Source of the DNA: Chrysemys picta bellii
Taxonomy: Eukaryota
DNA length: 64,000 nucleotides
Reading direction: 5' to 3'
NCBI RefSeq assembly: GCF_011386835.1
Contig: NC_088791.1
Coordinates: forward strand, 88,474,001 to 88,538,000
Positions within the stretch are counted from its first letter, which is position 1. Each line of letters begins with the position of its first letter. A program made the translations under genes and the position numbers. The notes under the pieces were generated by a model. The model was not told the DNA's origin and searched no databases. It saw only the letters and a list, made by a program, of their open reading frames with translations. This document shows positions 12,377-25,180 of this stretch, piece after piece.

Positions 12377-13496
12377 GACAGCAGGGAAGGGCTTTCTGTA
12401 ATCTGTGTGTCCTCAGAAATTATTTCAACGGTAGATATGTACCTGGTACACCTTGTGTCACGGAGTCTATGTGTATCTTTGGCTGAAAATCCATTATATA
12501 GTCTGACAAGGAGCTTGTATATTAATTTTAAGTTAAAATAATGTGTTAAGATTGAAAGTTGGTGACTGCTGGGGAGAATGTCTTAAAAGAGCATGGCAGC
12601 TAAAAATAAATAAATAACCCCAATCTTTAGAAAGCCTGGAAATTCAAAGTTAAGGTTATACTTAAAACCACCAATGTTTGGAAGTGCACAGCTAAATTCA
12701 CCCAAACAGATTTAACTTTGTCCCCATCTCTGCCCACACCTCATCGGAAATCAAGATGCAGCTTGATCTCTGAACACCATGCCCAGACCACCCAAGGAGT
12801 CACGTCTCAGTCACAAGAGAAGAACACAAACATCTGAGACACTGTAACTTATATCAACACCAAAGAGGTGGGCAAAGCCCTTCTGACATTGTCAATAGAC
12901 CCCAGTGCTGCCATACACAAGCATGTAAATACCCCCAGTCCATTAGCAACCAGAGCTGTTTGGATATCTGCAGCTATGGGGATCTTAAAACACATAAAGT
13001 CTTCTCTATCTGCTAAATATACCTTGCTTCAGTATTCAAGGCTCCAGGCTTCCTCAGATTCATATGCAAATACCCAAATATAGAAGTGGAAAACCACCAA
13101 GCGCTATGAGGTATAAGATGCCAATTTGTTGATATACTGTGAAATTAAGCATAGACCCTCATCTACTTTACATATTATAAACACAGATCTTCCCATAAAC
13201 AAACTTCAGCCTTTGTCAAATTAACAGGCAAACTTGGGACATACACACCACAGAAACATTTAAAATTCTTCTATATATGAAACCCTAATCAAAACATTTC
13301 TAAGGGCACGTGCATGTTGCAATAAAAGACCTGTGGCATGGCTGCAGCTGGTCCGACTCAGCTGACTTGGACTCGTGGGGCTTGGGCTGCAGGGCTAAAA
13401 ATTGCAGTGTAGATATTTGGGCTCAGGCTGGAACCCAGGATCTGAGGTCCTGAGAGTGGGGAGGGAGTCAGAGTCCAGGCTTCCTGAATGCCTACA

Positions 13497-13832
13497 CCAG
13501 GAATCTGCAACCTTTGGCATGCAGCTTGCCAGGGTAAGCCCCCTGGCGGGCCAGGCTGGTTTGTTTACGTGCTGCATCTGCAGGTTTGGCTGATCGCAGC
13601 TCCCACTGGCCGCGGTTCGCCGCTCCAGGCCAATGGGGGCTGCGGGAAGCGGCGCGGGCCGAGGGATGTGCTGGCTGCTACCTCCCGCCACCTCCATTGG
13701 CCTGGAGCGGCGAACCGCGGCCAGTGGGAGCCGCGATCAGCTGAACCTGCGGACACGGCAGGTAAAAAAAACGGCCCGGCCTGCCAGGGGGCTTACCCTG
13801 GTGAGCCGCATGCCAGAGGTTGCCGATCCCTG
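13497..13832. mobile_element. hAT-type MITE nested in an older palindromic repeat (~13340-13890)
   Basis: TIRs caggaatctgcaacctttggcatgc / gcatgccagaggttgccgatccctg. TSD gcctacac / gcctatac. The flanks (gggcttgggctgcagggctaaaaatt ... aatttttagccctgcagcccaagccc) are the two arms of the interrupted host repeat. Confidence 0.8.
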
Positions 13833-15162
13833 GCCTATACCATAATTTTTAGCCCTGCAGCCCAAGCCCAAGTCAGTTGACATGGGCTCTGAGATTTGGT
13901 GCTGTGGGTTTTTTATTGCAGTGCAGAAGTAGCCCAAGATTACTAGCCAGCTATGCCACAGTGCAGCTATGCATGATTTAGCATCCTCCTGGTCAAATGC
14001 CAATCTCAGTTTCACAGGTGTAAATCCAGAGTAGCTGCATAGACTTCAGTGGAGTTACTCTGGATTTAGCTCACTGCACATGACATCAGTATTTATTTCT
14101 TAGATTATATGATAATCACAAAGGGTGGCAAAGGGTGGAACTGATTTCAGGTTGTTCGGGTGCCCTGAATTTTGCGTTTATATGCTTTCAATCTTTTCTT
14201 ATTTATCATTGTTCTTTAACGGCACTTTTCCCTGAAGTTATATGCGTTTTCAATCTTTGCTCAATGACTTTTTATTTTTATTTTCTTAAATTAAAAGTCA
14301 ATGTTTCTAAGAATGGATCTGTGACAGAAACCCTGGGCAGTGAATATTCCCACATCAAGCCTCTATATGAGGCATAGAAAGTCCGCATGGAAATTCTGCT
14401 GCCCCTACTACACAGACACTTCCTGTGCACTGTTTCCTGGTCCTTACAGGTCTTTGAGGCTCTACAGCAATGGTCACATGCGCCCACTTCCTCCATCCTA
14501 AATTGTTTCTCTCCCCACTGCCCTCAGATTCCCCCTCCTTCCCACAAGTGGCTCTCGGACGCCTGTGCCCTCCAACCTCCCCTAGTATATGGAGAAGCTG
14601 TTCTGATCTGAGCTTTAGGAAACATGAAGCCTGCAGATCAAGAGGACCATGATCTGCCAACAAAAGACCATGCAGGCACTGGAGTATCTGCATTGCATCA
14701 GGCGAGGGTTACAGTGTCCGACATGCAATCGCAGGAAGCTCAAACATTATCAAAACTGCATGGAATAACTGAGGGCTCAATTGTGCCTTTCGAGGCTGAC
14801 CGAGATGGTTAGACTTTCTAAACATTTCCTTGAACTTGGAAAACATTTCAAAAATCTTACAGAAAGCGTTGTATTTTTAAACTGTTTTTTTCAACCAGTT
14901 GTAACAGCCCAGTGTTGGGGGTGCTGTGGATCTGCCCCCTGCCTGGGGGAGTGCAGACAGAGAGCGCCTCTACTAGGAGTGAGGCCTACTCTCCTCCACG
15001 TGCCTGGCCCCAGCTCCCTGCCACTCTCTTTAGGGAACGCAAAGGGAGCACAGAGACTGTAATTGTACCTGGGCCTCTTGTGGCCTGTATAAGAGGGGAT
15101 ATAGCTCCTTTCATCCCTCCCTCCCTCCCTCCCTCCCTCGGCACATGTATATGGCTCAGCCA

Positions 15163-15638
15163 CAGGGGTGAAAGTAGAAATAGGGACTTACCAGTACGGG
15201 GCTGGGTCGGGGCCGGCTCTGGCCCCTGGAAGGGGCGGGGCCTCGGGCAGAAGGGCAGGGGATGGGGGGGTCAGAGCCAGCCCTGGCCCGCCCTGTACCG
15301 GTAAGTGCCCTCCCCCTCCCCTGCCAAGGTAGCAGCGGCAGCTGGGGGCTCCGGCAGCAGTTTAAAGGGCCCGGGGCTCCCGCTGCCTCTACGGCCCCGG
15401 CCCTTTAAATAGCCGCCGGAGCCCCGCCGCCGCTCTGGCAGGCTCCAGCGGCTATTTAAAGGGCCCGGGGGGGTAGAGGCAGGAGAGCCCCGGACCCTTT
15501 AAATAACCCCCAGAGCCCTGCTGCCAGAGCCCTGGGGTAGCAGCAGTAGCTGAGGGCTCCGGCAGCAGTTTAAAGGGCCCTGGGTGGCAGCAGTGGCCAA
15601 GAGGCATACTGGGGTGTACTGGCTTATTTTCACCTCTG
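15163..15638. mobile_element. hAT-type non-autonomous element with internal GC-rich tttaaagggcccgg repeats
   Basis: TIRs CAGGGGTGAAAGT / ATTTTCACCTCTG. TSD ctcagcca (15155-15162) / ctcagtca (15639-15646). Confidence 0.8.
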
Positions 15639-18600
15639 CTCAGTCACCAACTGACCCTAAATTCTTAACTCTTCTAAACTAGCCAAAGGAACTAATAGTT
15701 ATTGAGCCCAACAGGATGAAATGAATGTAGAATCTATAGTTCAAGTCTTTTTGAGATATGACAAGCAAAATAAATAAATAAATAAAAATTAGGAAACTTC
15801 CCAGGAAGCAAAAAAATATCTAATTTCTTTAAAACATTCATCACTCCACAGTGCCTTGTATAAATTGCCTTACACTTTCACCAACAAAAGTCTGTTCTGC
15901 AATCACTTCACACAGGAAGCATTTCAGATGGGTTGGTTGGTTTATTTCAGCAGGACAGTGTCAAGTTCATAATCAGGCTTCAATCTTATCTTTGGAGACT
16001 CTACCACAGCTCCAAAATAAAGACTTAACCCTGGGCAAGCAGAATCTGCCTCACTAAACTGCAGGGAGCACATCACTATATACTTAGCATCAGAAATGCT
16101 GAATTGTGTGTTGTAAACAACAGATGATCACTGGCCCTGACAAAGAGTGGTTATTTTAAAGCTGCAGAAAGTTGTTTTGAGAATTCAGGAGCCTTTTGTG
16201 CCTTAATCAATGGTCTATTGTTTCCTTAAACTTACTAACTCACACAAAAGCATGGAAATAATATAGGGGAAAATGTGCAGAGAAGGAAGGAACAAATCTT
16301 CTCACTATCTGGTTCAAGCAGTCAGGGAAACAAACAAAAGAAATATAAACCACATCTATCAACCACAAGTACATACAAAATCATACAGAAAGCAAACATC
16401 CTAGAGACAGCCAGATTCCCAGCTGGTGGGAAGTGGCACAGCCAAACTTTATCAGCTAAAATTGATTTATATCAGTTGAGAATCTGGCCCAGTTTAGTTT
16501 AATCTTCTTGGGTTAGTTCTTCTCTCATTTACATTACTCAGGAGGACTTCCAGCCAAGTCAGCAGTGCAGCCTGGGGAAAGTGAGCTATTTTCAAAAGGT
16601 GAAACAGGTTTTTAGAAGTTGAAAAAAATTTAATAGTAGATTTTTATTTTTTTTAAATGGGAAGCATTGAAATGAGCCCATAGGGAGTTCTGGTAACATC
16701 TGTGGGAGGGAAGGGGGAGTGCACGTTGCTGAGGTTTTATTGACCCTCATCTGAATTCTGCCAGATAGTCCATGTCCTCTGAGACTGATTCTAACATTCT
16801 AAACAGATGCTTAAAAACACCCTGATCACAAATTTACCCAAGTTTGAGACTGTAGGACAGGCAATATTTGGTCTGATCTCATTATGCAGCAAGCTTAGAA
16901 ATGGGTTCGCTTCACAACTTGAAAGGAGAAATTCCCAACTTTCCAATGGGGCTCAAAGCAGAATTTACTTATAGATCGTGAAAATCCCAAGATATCAGAT
17001 CTTAAAGTTGTAACATTTTTATGTTTGAGCTCTGAACAGATGAACAAATGCCAATTAAGGCACATAGAGTTACATGTGTAGAGATATAAGAAACAGTCAC
17101 AATGCAATAAAAAAAGAGTTCTGATATGTTTGTAAAATCTTTTTTCCCATGTACAATACATGGCATGTAGAGAATAAAGCATAATGTGGTATGATATAAA
17201 GGTTTTAGCAGTGCTCATTTGAGAGCACCTGCATAATTTACTCATGGCTGCACCAATTATGAGCAATGCAGCCATCTAAAACTCATGTTTTAAATCCTTT
17301 ATAGCACCCCTCATCTTCATGTATTCCATACATAAACATTGCCACGATACATGGGATCGCATTCCATCTTAAGCTGGAAGCACTTATTAAACTAAATAAA
17401 TATAGACACAAATAAGCAGACTTCCACACAGCTTGAGTTTCAACTATGTCTCCTTTATTTACCAGGAAGCATATGCTTTCTGAAAATCTGTACAGAGCCC
17501 AGAGGAATCTAGTGGCTGAATAATGCTCTCCAAGTAAATCTATTATTAAACACTTACACACATAGATATTATAGATAGGAATCATAGCAAGATCTATACT
17601 TAAGGCTGCCTAAGGGTTTCCATTTTAAAGGACATTTTTCCGTTGTTTTTTCAATGCTTTTTTATTTTCAGCTGAAATTTGATATGTTTGCTCTCAGTCA
17701 AGGAATGCATTTTTTCTAACAGTCCTTCCAAATCAAGTGAGCCATTTTCAAGTATGAAAGGGTGAAAACTGCAGTTATTCTGCTAAGAAAAATGTTATGC
17801 CCTTTCTTTGAACAGCTTCAGAGCTGATGGAATCTTAACATTTGGCAGAAACATGGCCCCTACGTTGCAGATGTGTCTTTGATTGGTCTTGTGAAAATCA
17901 CATTTGATTTGGCAGAGTTAAGATTTAATAAATGTTTTCCACACATATGCACTGTACTTTCTCATACCCATACACAGAGAGCTAGCTGTATAGCACACAA
18001 ACACACACAGATATATAATGGACCCTTGGATAGTGCAGTAAGAGCTAGGGGAATGATAGAGATGTATGCCAATCCCACCATTAACACACACGGAAAAATT
18101 AACTAAGGGTGGGAGAGGCCAGGACCAGACAAGACTCCATCTCCATAAAGCTTAACAACCATTATTTACAACTGACAGCACTAACAGAGTCAGTTTCTAG
18201 GAACTAGTTAATATCCTCTTACCTCTAGATTTGCTGCAGGGAGCCCTGGGATTTGATGTCGCCATGCAGCTTATGCCCAGAGGAATTCAAAACTGGTTTG
18301 TTCTTTTTTGCCTCTGGTCCTGAACACACCTTCTGGCTGCCAAGATAATATACAGTGCCGTTCTCTACCACAAGAGGGTCCAAAATCCAAAAGTTCAGGG
18401 GAATGAATGTTAAAAACCTCCCAAAGCAAACTGAACATATCCAGTGCTGCCTGATGAAACCAGATGGCAGTTTTCATTGCTGATGGGTGGCTGCTGCTGT
18501 GTTTCCAGGAAATAATGGTTATTATTATTATTTATTTGTATTACTGTACGGCCTAGAATTCTCCTTACTTAACTTTAATCTTAATTTAACCTCAATAAAT

Positions 18601-18968
18601 CACAGGGTTTATCCTATAGGCAGATTTCCATCTTCTCTCCTCCTCTGTGTTTTATTTAACTACTATCCTTAAACTAAATCTGTGCACTCTATTTCCTGTC
18701 TTATGCCTTCCTCTACTCCAGTGAAATCACTTCTGCTTCTGTCCTTCACCTGTTTCTCAGTCTTTCTTCTGTTTTTCTTCATCTCTCTTTGTTTCTCCTT
18801 CTCCTTCTTTCCCTCCCTTACATTCAGTACCTTTCTCTACCTCAGCCCAAGCTCAGCTGACCACCCAACTGTCATTCTACCCAGAGCTCCAGACCCCTCT
18901 TTAAAGCATTTTTGTTTCACCTAGACTCCCTAGAGGGGCAGGACTCCATCTTAGATACTCTTCTGACT

Positions 18969-19195
18969 CTTACAGGGTCATTTGCAGTGTTGTAGCCATG
19001 TCAGCCCCAGGACGTTAGAGAGACAAGGTGGGTGAGGTAATATCTTTTCCTGGAAGTTGGTCCAATTACCTCACCGCCTTGTCTTACAGGGTCATCTTTC
19101 ATATGAAGTATTGTTGTAGCTGTGTCAGTCCCAGGATATTAGATAACCCAGGATACCGGATTCTGTTGGTCTAATAAAAGATATTACCTCATCGT
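18969..19195. repeat. Locally duplicated fragment of an interspersed repeat (possibly Penelope-derived)
   Basis: tcttacagggtcat...gtagc(c/t)(a/g)tgtcag(c/t)cccagga occurs twice (from 18969 and from 19082), with an inverted gaggtaatatctttt / aaaagatattacctc pair. Family assignment is tentative. Confidence 0.45.
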
Positions 19196-19574
19196 TTGTG
19201 CATTTCCCTTTCATCCTTCAATGCTGTGCATCTCTTTTTTTATCCTACTGGGTTTCAGCCCAAACCTATGTAGTTGCCCCTTGTTCCTTCTTCCTAATCT
19301 TCAACTCACTGTTCCTTCTGCCCCCTGTTGCTGCCACATCCTCCCCATTTTCTATGCATACGCATGCTTTGGGGCGTCTAAAATCACCAAACACAGAGTG
19401 AAGTGCCCATTTTTGAAAACTGGGCTCTGGAGGGATCACTTCCTCTTCCCCTTGCCATGCAGCGGTCTCTTTGGCAGGCATTTAATAGTGTACAAACAAC
19501 ATCTTGGGACAGGAACTATCAAATTTCGTATCTACTTGACACTACAGGGGGAATTTAGGCAGACAGAATGTAAC

Positions 19575-19830
19575 TGCCCAAATTGCAATTTGGCAAGGAT
19601 ACTGGGGCTAATTCTCTTTCAAAAAGCATTGTGGGATATTCAAGTGGTATATATAGGCCTAGCTGCACTGTCTGACCCCAGAAATTTAGCTTTGGTTTTA
19701 TACCTTATCTGAATGATGCCACCTCCTGCAGCAATGTGCCCCTAGCTTCATTCTGGAGCATTAGTTCAAATCAATCTTGATTTGGATGAAAGCAATCCCC
19801 TAATGTGTCACCAAGACCATATCCTGAAAC
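19575..19830 (-). mobile_element. AmnSINE1/Deu-SINE-like remnant
   Basis: ttgcaatttggcaaggatactggggctaa...aaaagcattgtgggatattcaagtggt...ttttataccttatctgaatgatgccacctcc resembles the reverse complement of the Deu-SINE central domain as I recall it. Needs a Dfam check. Confidence 0.5.
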
Positions 19831-20562
19831 AACTGGGCACAGTGCTGCTTAGTTTTGAGATTGGAACAGCTCAGATTACTAACCTTCATTTCCCCCTTCT
19901 GTCTTCTCTGCTTAGCTCCCCCTTGCCCAGCATTGCACAGTGGATCCTTCCATATGATTTGGTCCGGAAGGAGTTCCTGAGCGGGTCAGAGGACTAGGTG
20001 AAGAGTGATGTGGTGAGTTCCTTCCACGCAAGCCAATGTGCTGAGCTTGCCATATCCAGTTTTACCATTTTTCACTTCTCTCGAAGAAAGAAAACTGCCT
20101 CTGTGGGCACCTCAGCATGCCAGATACTAGACTGAGATCATCTTATTTGAGCCGAGGCAGGATTTGATTAAACTCAGATTGTCAGAGGTGTAAGATTGTT
20201 TCATTAGCAAAAATGGGTCATATGAAACCGCCTTCATTGGCTGCACCACATCATGACATGATGGTTCTCTCCCATTGTCTCTCCTCCATGCAGCTGGAAT
20301 CACTTTCTCACTCAACACTAAACTATGTTTGTAATTAAGCTTTTTTTTTTTTTTTTTCCCCCCTTTAAAAGTAGCATTTGGAGCTCCATGAAGTCATCTG
20401 GAAGTGCCATGAGCCTTTGGACTGAGATGGATGTGCACATGGCTGCCAGGACCGGATATCTATTGGCCTAAATGCGAAGCTTTGTGTTGGAGCCGGGACA
20501 CAGGAATGTCAAAGTTTGAGAGACTCTGGCCAGAGTCCTGATCTCTCCAGATGGTCACAGGA

Positions 20563-20568
20563 TATAAA
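20563..20568 (+). promoter_or_regulatory. TATA box (TATAAA) of the OC3-like gene
   Basis: gaTATAAAgtg 85 bp upstream of the ATG at 20648, followed by E-box CAGCTG. Confidence 0.7.
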
Positions 20569-20647
20569 GTGCAGCTGGGAGGCAAGCCCCAGAACCCTCC
20601 TAGAGAAGCTCTGAGGCTGCAAAATTGCATTAGACAAAAAGGAGGAG

Positions 20648-20714
20648 ATGAGGAAACTTCTGGTGCTGCTACTCCTGACCCTGGCCCTGGCAGCCTTCTG
20701 CTATTGTGAAAGAG
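20648..20714 (+). CDS. OC3: Osteocalcin-like protein (OC3-type) exon 1, signal peptide MRKLLVLLLLTLALAAFCYCER
   Basis: Good Kozak context (gagATGA), hydrophobic signal peptide ending AAFCY as in MGP, phase-1 donor GTAAGG at 20715. The symbol comes from my recollection of the sauropsid OC3 gene next to MGP. Confidence 0.88.
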
Positions 20715-20840
20715 GTAAGGGGACACAGCATTAATCTCACCTGGAGTGTTCACTGAGTGTATTATTGAACACTTAAAACCTGAGAAGACTGCTTGCTCAG
20801 GAGAAGACCTGCTTTGAGGCTAGGCAGTATACTATGGGCT

Positions 20841-21062
20841 CGGGGCTGGCTCCAGGATTTTGGCCGCCCCAAGCAGCCAAAAAAAAAAAAAAAAAAGCCG
20901 CGATCGTGATCTGCGGTGGCAATTCGGCGGGAGGTCCTTCGCTCCGAGCGGGAGTGAGGGACCATCCGCCGAATTGCCGCCGAATAGCTGGATGTGCCTC
21001 CCCTGTCCGGAGCGGCCGTCCCAAGCACCTGCTTGCCAGGCAGGTGCCTGGAACCGGCCCTG
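20841..21062. mobile_element. hAT-type MITE in OC3-like intron 1
   Basis: Ends cggggctggctccagg / cctggaaccggccctg. Perfect TSD TATGGGCT at 20833-20840 and 21063-21070. Confidence 0.85.
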
Positions 21063-22261
21063 TATGGGCTATTGCACTGGCAAGGTGTTATATTATATAG
21101 GTCACAAATAAGAATGGGTTTGGGGGTCTCCAGCCTAATCCCTAATAGACATTTGCCTCCACTAGGACACAAACTATTGCACAAATGGGCATGACTGGCA
21201 ATCTCAGGAATCCAGTTTAGGATTTAGGTGAATTAGCAAAGCCCAGTTTTGGACAAATGGACTGCGCTGCAGGTCAGAATTGAGGGGAATTAACTAAACT
21301 ACATGGACTGTGGGGAAGGCTATGTTATATCTGCCAACACTGGAAAGTTGTACAGTACCCGGAGACATCTGAGGAGAAAAATAATGCTACACCTTTTAAT
21401 TCCATTGAAATATGTTGGACTGGGAGAGTTTTTGAAGGCACAATGAAAAAAATGGCAGTGATACTGTTAAAAAAATATGGTCATAGGATATAAACTGCAG
21501 CTGGGAGGCCAGCTCCAGAGCCCTCTTAAATAAGAAATAGCCATAGAGGAGTGAGCTGCACAGCTGGAAAGGGGTGGGAGATCTAGATCTGAAATAGCAG
21601 GTGTTCAACCTCTCTCTGCTTTGGCAGAATGGACAGGGATGCTGAGACAGGAAGGGTAGAAAGCTTGCCCTGTACTTGCCTGTACTACGCCAGTTCTTGT
21701 CAGCGTTAAATTCCTTAGTGTTAAAGATGACCCTGTAAATTAAATACACTCTCACGGGCATCAGATTGGTGAGAAATCAGTTAATATTTTGCAATACAGT
21801 TTTTAATCTTTGATTGTTTTCCCCTCAGAGAGCTTCTCTCCTTCATTCCTGGTCAGTCTGCTCTAAAAGCTATTGTATTCCAGTCTGTTCATTAGTCTTG
21901 GTCTAATCCTTTATCAGTTTCCATGTGGAGTGCAAAATGCAGATTGGCTCCTCAAGCCTAGAGATTTCCAGAAGGCTCCATTCTACAGCAGACAGCATGT
22001 TGCCCTCTGACATTTCGTAAGGAGCCATTGTCTCCTGGCATAGGTGGCACAGTTTGGATAAAACAGGAACTGGCCAGTGCCTTTGCCAAAGCACACTGAA
22101 TCTTTCTAAGGTTAAAAAGCATTAAGTTAAAGACTCCCCATTCCCTCTCATCTGCAGCCTTCTCCTCAGAGGAGAAGGTGAAGGGGGTATCAACTTGGTC
22201 GCTACTTTTTACCTCCCTTACTACAATCCTTAATCTGCCTGCCTCATCTGCTGGCAGTGTC

Positions 22262-22470
22262 CAGGACAGGAGGCTGGGGGTCAAATGTCCTAGTGTCTAT
22301 TTTCTGCTGTGTTACCTTAAGCAAATCACTTACTGCTCTGTGCCTCAGTTTTTCCAGCTGTAATATGGGGATTATAGTGCTTTCCTAAGTCACAAGGTCA
22401 TGGGGAGAATTAACTAGTTAGTGTTTGGAGATCACCTGGAGATCCTCAGATGAAAAACACTGGAACTATT
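22262..22470 (+). mobile_element. MIR/CORE-SINE remnant
   Basis: MIR core-like accttaagcaaatcactt...ctctgtgcctcagtttttccagctgtaatatgggga. Confidence 0.65.
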
Positions 22471-24194
22471 ATTAATCACATTATTACTAAGACTCTGATG
22501 AGGGTTGCTGCTCTGCTGGGTTCTCTATGGCTAAGAGCTGGGGGATTCAATGCAGTGTGGCAGACAGCGCTCTAGAGGACATGAACTTCAAATGAGCAGC
22601 AGCACTGGGGGACAGGTGAATGGGGAGTACTGGGGCAGGATGACAGTGAAGAGGCTGCCTGGGGATCTCTGATTAAAGATTGGGGTGGTGGTTCACGGGG
22701 TGGATGTGAAGACTGCTCATCTTCTCTAGGGGCAGAGGGAAGGGGATGGGGCAGAAGAAAATCGGCCATGCTAGCTTCCCCCTCCTGCCTCTGGTGGCAG
22801 GTTGTTTGCATAGCCGAGAACAGGAACTGGGGCCTGCTTGGGGGTAGAGTTCACTTGGAACATAGTGAATGAGACATCTATCAGTTTCCCCTTTCTCTTC
22901 ACTGTGGTGAATGTGACACAGCAAAACGGCCGTTTAGCTCTCAGAAGCTGCTAGGTAAAGGCCAGATTCTGATGCCCTTGCTCAAGCTGAGTAAGACCTT
23001 ACTCTGCAAATCAGACCCATTGAAGTCAATGGTACTACTTAAGTAAGGTGTATTTAACATGAGCCTGAGAGTCACAAGCTGAACCTAAGTGACTTAGGGT
23101 CAAACTCGGATACCCAGACTCATGCTGAATAGCACCTTTCCCCACAAATAGTCTGCAGGGTCTGATCAGACAACAAATGTGTCTTGCTGATGTAAATTCA
23201 CACGGTGCTTTGGAAAAAACAACAACAAAAAACCACAACCCTTCCCTCAAAGAGTTTACAATCTAGCAATTAATCAACACATTTATTTTCCTAAATCTTC
23301 TTTGTCCCCTTAAATACACTTCTAAGACAATAGCAGATGGGATTTGCCATGGGTGAAAAAGCGATAGGTGAAGAACTAGAGAAGAGCCTGGGTGGTTTGG
23401 AGTGGCAAGCAGAGTATGGGTCCCATGAGCCCCCAGTAAAATCAGAGGGAATTCCCCTGGGGTGATTGCAGGGACCATCGAAGGTTAGAACACATCTTTC
23501 CAGTGGAGAAGGAGGAGAGATGGTGCCATCCAGGCTGTGTCTACACTAGGCATTTTGAGCAAAATTTCCCATTATTTCTACCACCACTGCATCGCTTTTG
23601 ATAGTAGCCCTAATGTAGACAGGCTTCCCATCTTGGTATTTTTATCACTATGTCATCTTGCTCCAAGCAAGCTGAAATGACACTATGTGTATGTCTACAC
23701 TAGAGCTGGAGATATGATTCCAGTACCGGTGGACATACCTGTGCTAACACTGATTGGCAGGAGTGGCTAGCCATCCTGAGTATGTACCTATGGTCTTGGA
23801 TAGGCTCATACTTGGATGTATAGCCCCTCCAGCTGCTCACACTGCTGCAGCCATACTTCTGTTTTTAGTGCACTGGCTCAATCAGAGTTAGTTCAAGTAT
23901 ATCTTTGTGAGCTGGAATTTGCACCTTCCAGCTCCAATGTAGAGATATCCTATAGACTCTGGTGACATTGATAGAACTGAACCACTATTAGCAATGGTGG
24001 GAAATTTTTGCCCCAAACTTCTAATGCAGACAAGGCCCTAGTGGGGGCAGAGAGATAAAAATTCCTGATGCAGGAAGGGAAATGGTGTTGCCCAATAAGG
24101 GAAGGAGATACAGTCATCCAACGGGGGCCAAGGACTGGAGTCACATGCTTGGTTCCTGTGTGGTATCCCCTGACTCCTATTCTTTGTTTTCCAG

Positions 24195-24230
24195 ATTCAA
24201 AGGACACCTTGGAATCACACGGTGTTGAAG
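24195..24230 (+). CDS. OC3: OC3-like exon 2 (D-SKDTLESHGVE)
   Basis: Pyrimidine tract plus CAG acceptor ending at 24194. 36 nt, the same length and phases (1/1) as MGP exon 2. Donor GTGAGT at 24231. Confidence 0.85.
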
Positions 24231-24698
24231 GTGAGTATCTTGCTATGACTTTCCCACATCTCTGCACATGTCTCAAGTCCTGCATCTGCCTCCATCTTTC
24301 CCTTTATCAGGATTAGGGAATGAGTGAGATGCTTACAGAATCCTCTAATTTGTTTCTCCTTCCTTGACCAACACTGAGATCTACAGCAGGTGTCATCATG
24401 AGTCCTCTCGTCTCAGCAGAGCACCCGTGACAACTAAAGGTCCAATTTTCACATGACCTGGTGGAACCGGTGGAACCCTGCAAACAGTAGGAAACAGGCA
24501 GCAGTGACATGAGCAGGCTGAGGTTTTCAATTGTTAGATAAACCAGGACATGAGGCAGGCCCAGTCAACAATAGAGTTGCTCTGGGAGCTACATGGGGAT
24601 TAGGGTGTGAGCTAGCTGAAGTAGTAGCAGAACGGACAGATACCCATAATGGGTGTCACAGAACGTCAGGGCTCCTCTATTGGCTCATCACAGCAGGA

Positions 24699-24916
24699 GT
24701 TAGAAACCTGCACCGAGCTGCTCAGTTGGTAGTTCTGCTGACTTGCTGGGGCAAGAGAGGCTTATTAGCTCCACTAGGATATAAGGGAGGTGGAGTGACA
24801 AAGAGAGCTAGGGTTTGGGACAGAGAGGTCCCTTCAGGGAAAACCTAAGAACAGCCAAGTGTTGGGAAAAAGTTTAGGCTGAGCTTTATGTTGCATTACT
24901 GCAATTTCAACTAGCA
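24699..24916 (+). repeat. Old TATA-containing interspersed repeat (LTR-like), copy A
   Basis: Aligns by eye with 40898-41099 (gttagaaacctgca; cca(c/t)(t/c)aggatataa(g/a)ggaggtgga; ggacagagaggtc...caggga...aacagccaagt). Confidence 0.6.
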
Positions 24917-25180
24917 GGAAAGGGTAAGTTTAGACTATGTACTGACTGTGCATATTCTGTTCAGTTTGGGGTGGGACCTGAGTTTAGGGTCTGAAATGTT
25001 CCCCTGTCTCTCACTCGGCTCTGCAGCCTGGCTCACAGAAATCCATTAGGAAAACTATCCCCTGGCTCTCTTGGACCCCTCTATCCCCTCTCTTGTCCCA
25101 TAGGTCAAGGGATAAATTGCCGCTGGGGATCATTAAAGCTGGAATTTCCCAGAGAACCAATCAAAACACAGGGGGTTGTG

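Noticed and set aside
21625-21660. Alternative coding first exon downstream of the duplicated OC3-like promoter
   Set aside because: ATGs at ~21626 and ~21639 reach the GTAGAA donor in phase 0 or 2, but exon 2 needs phase 1. There is also no signal peptide.
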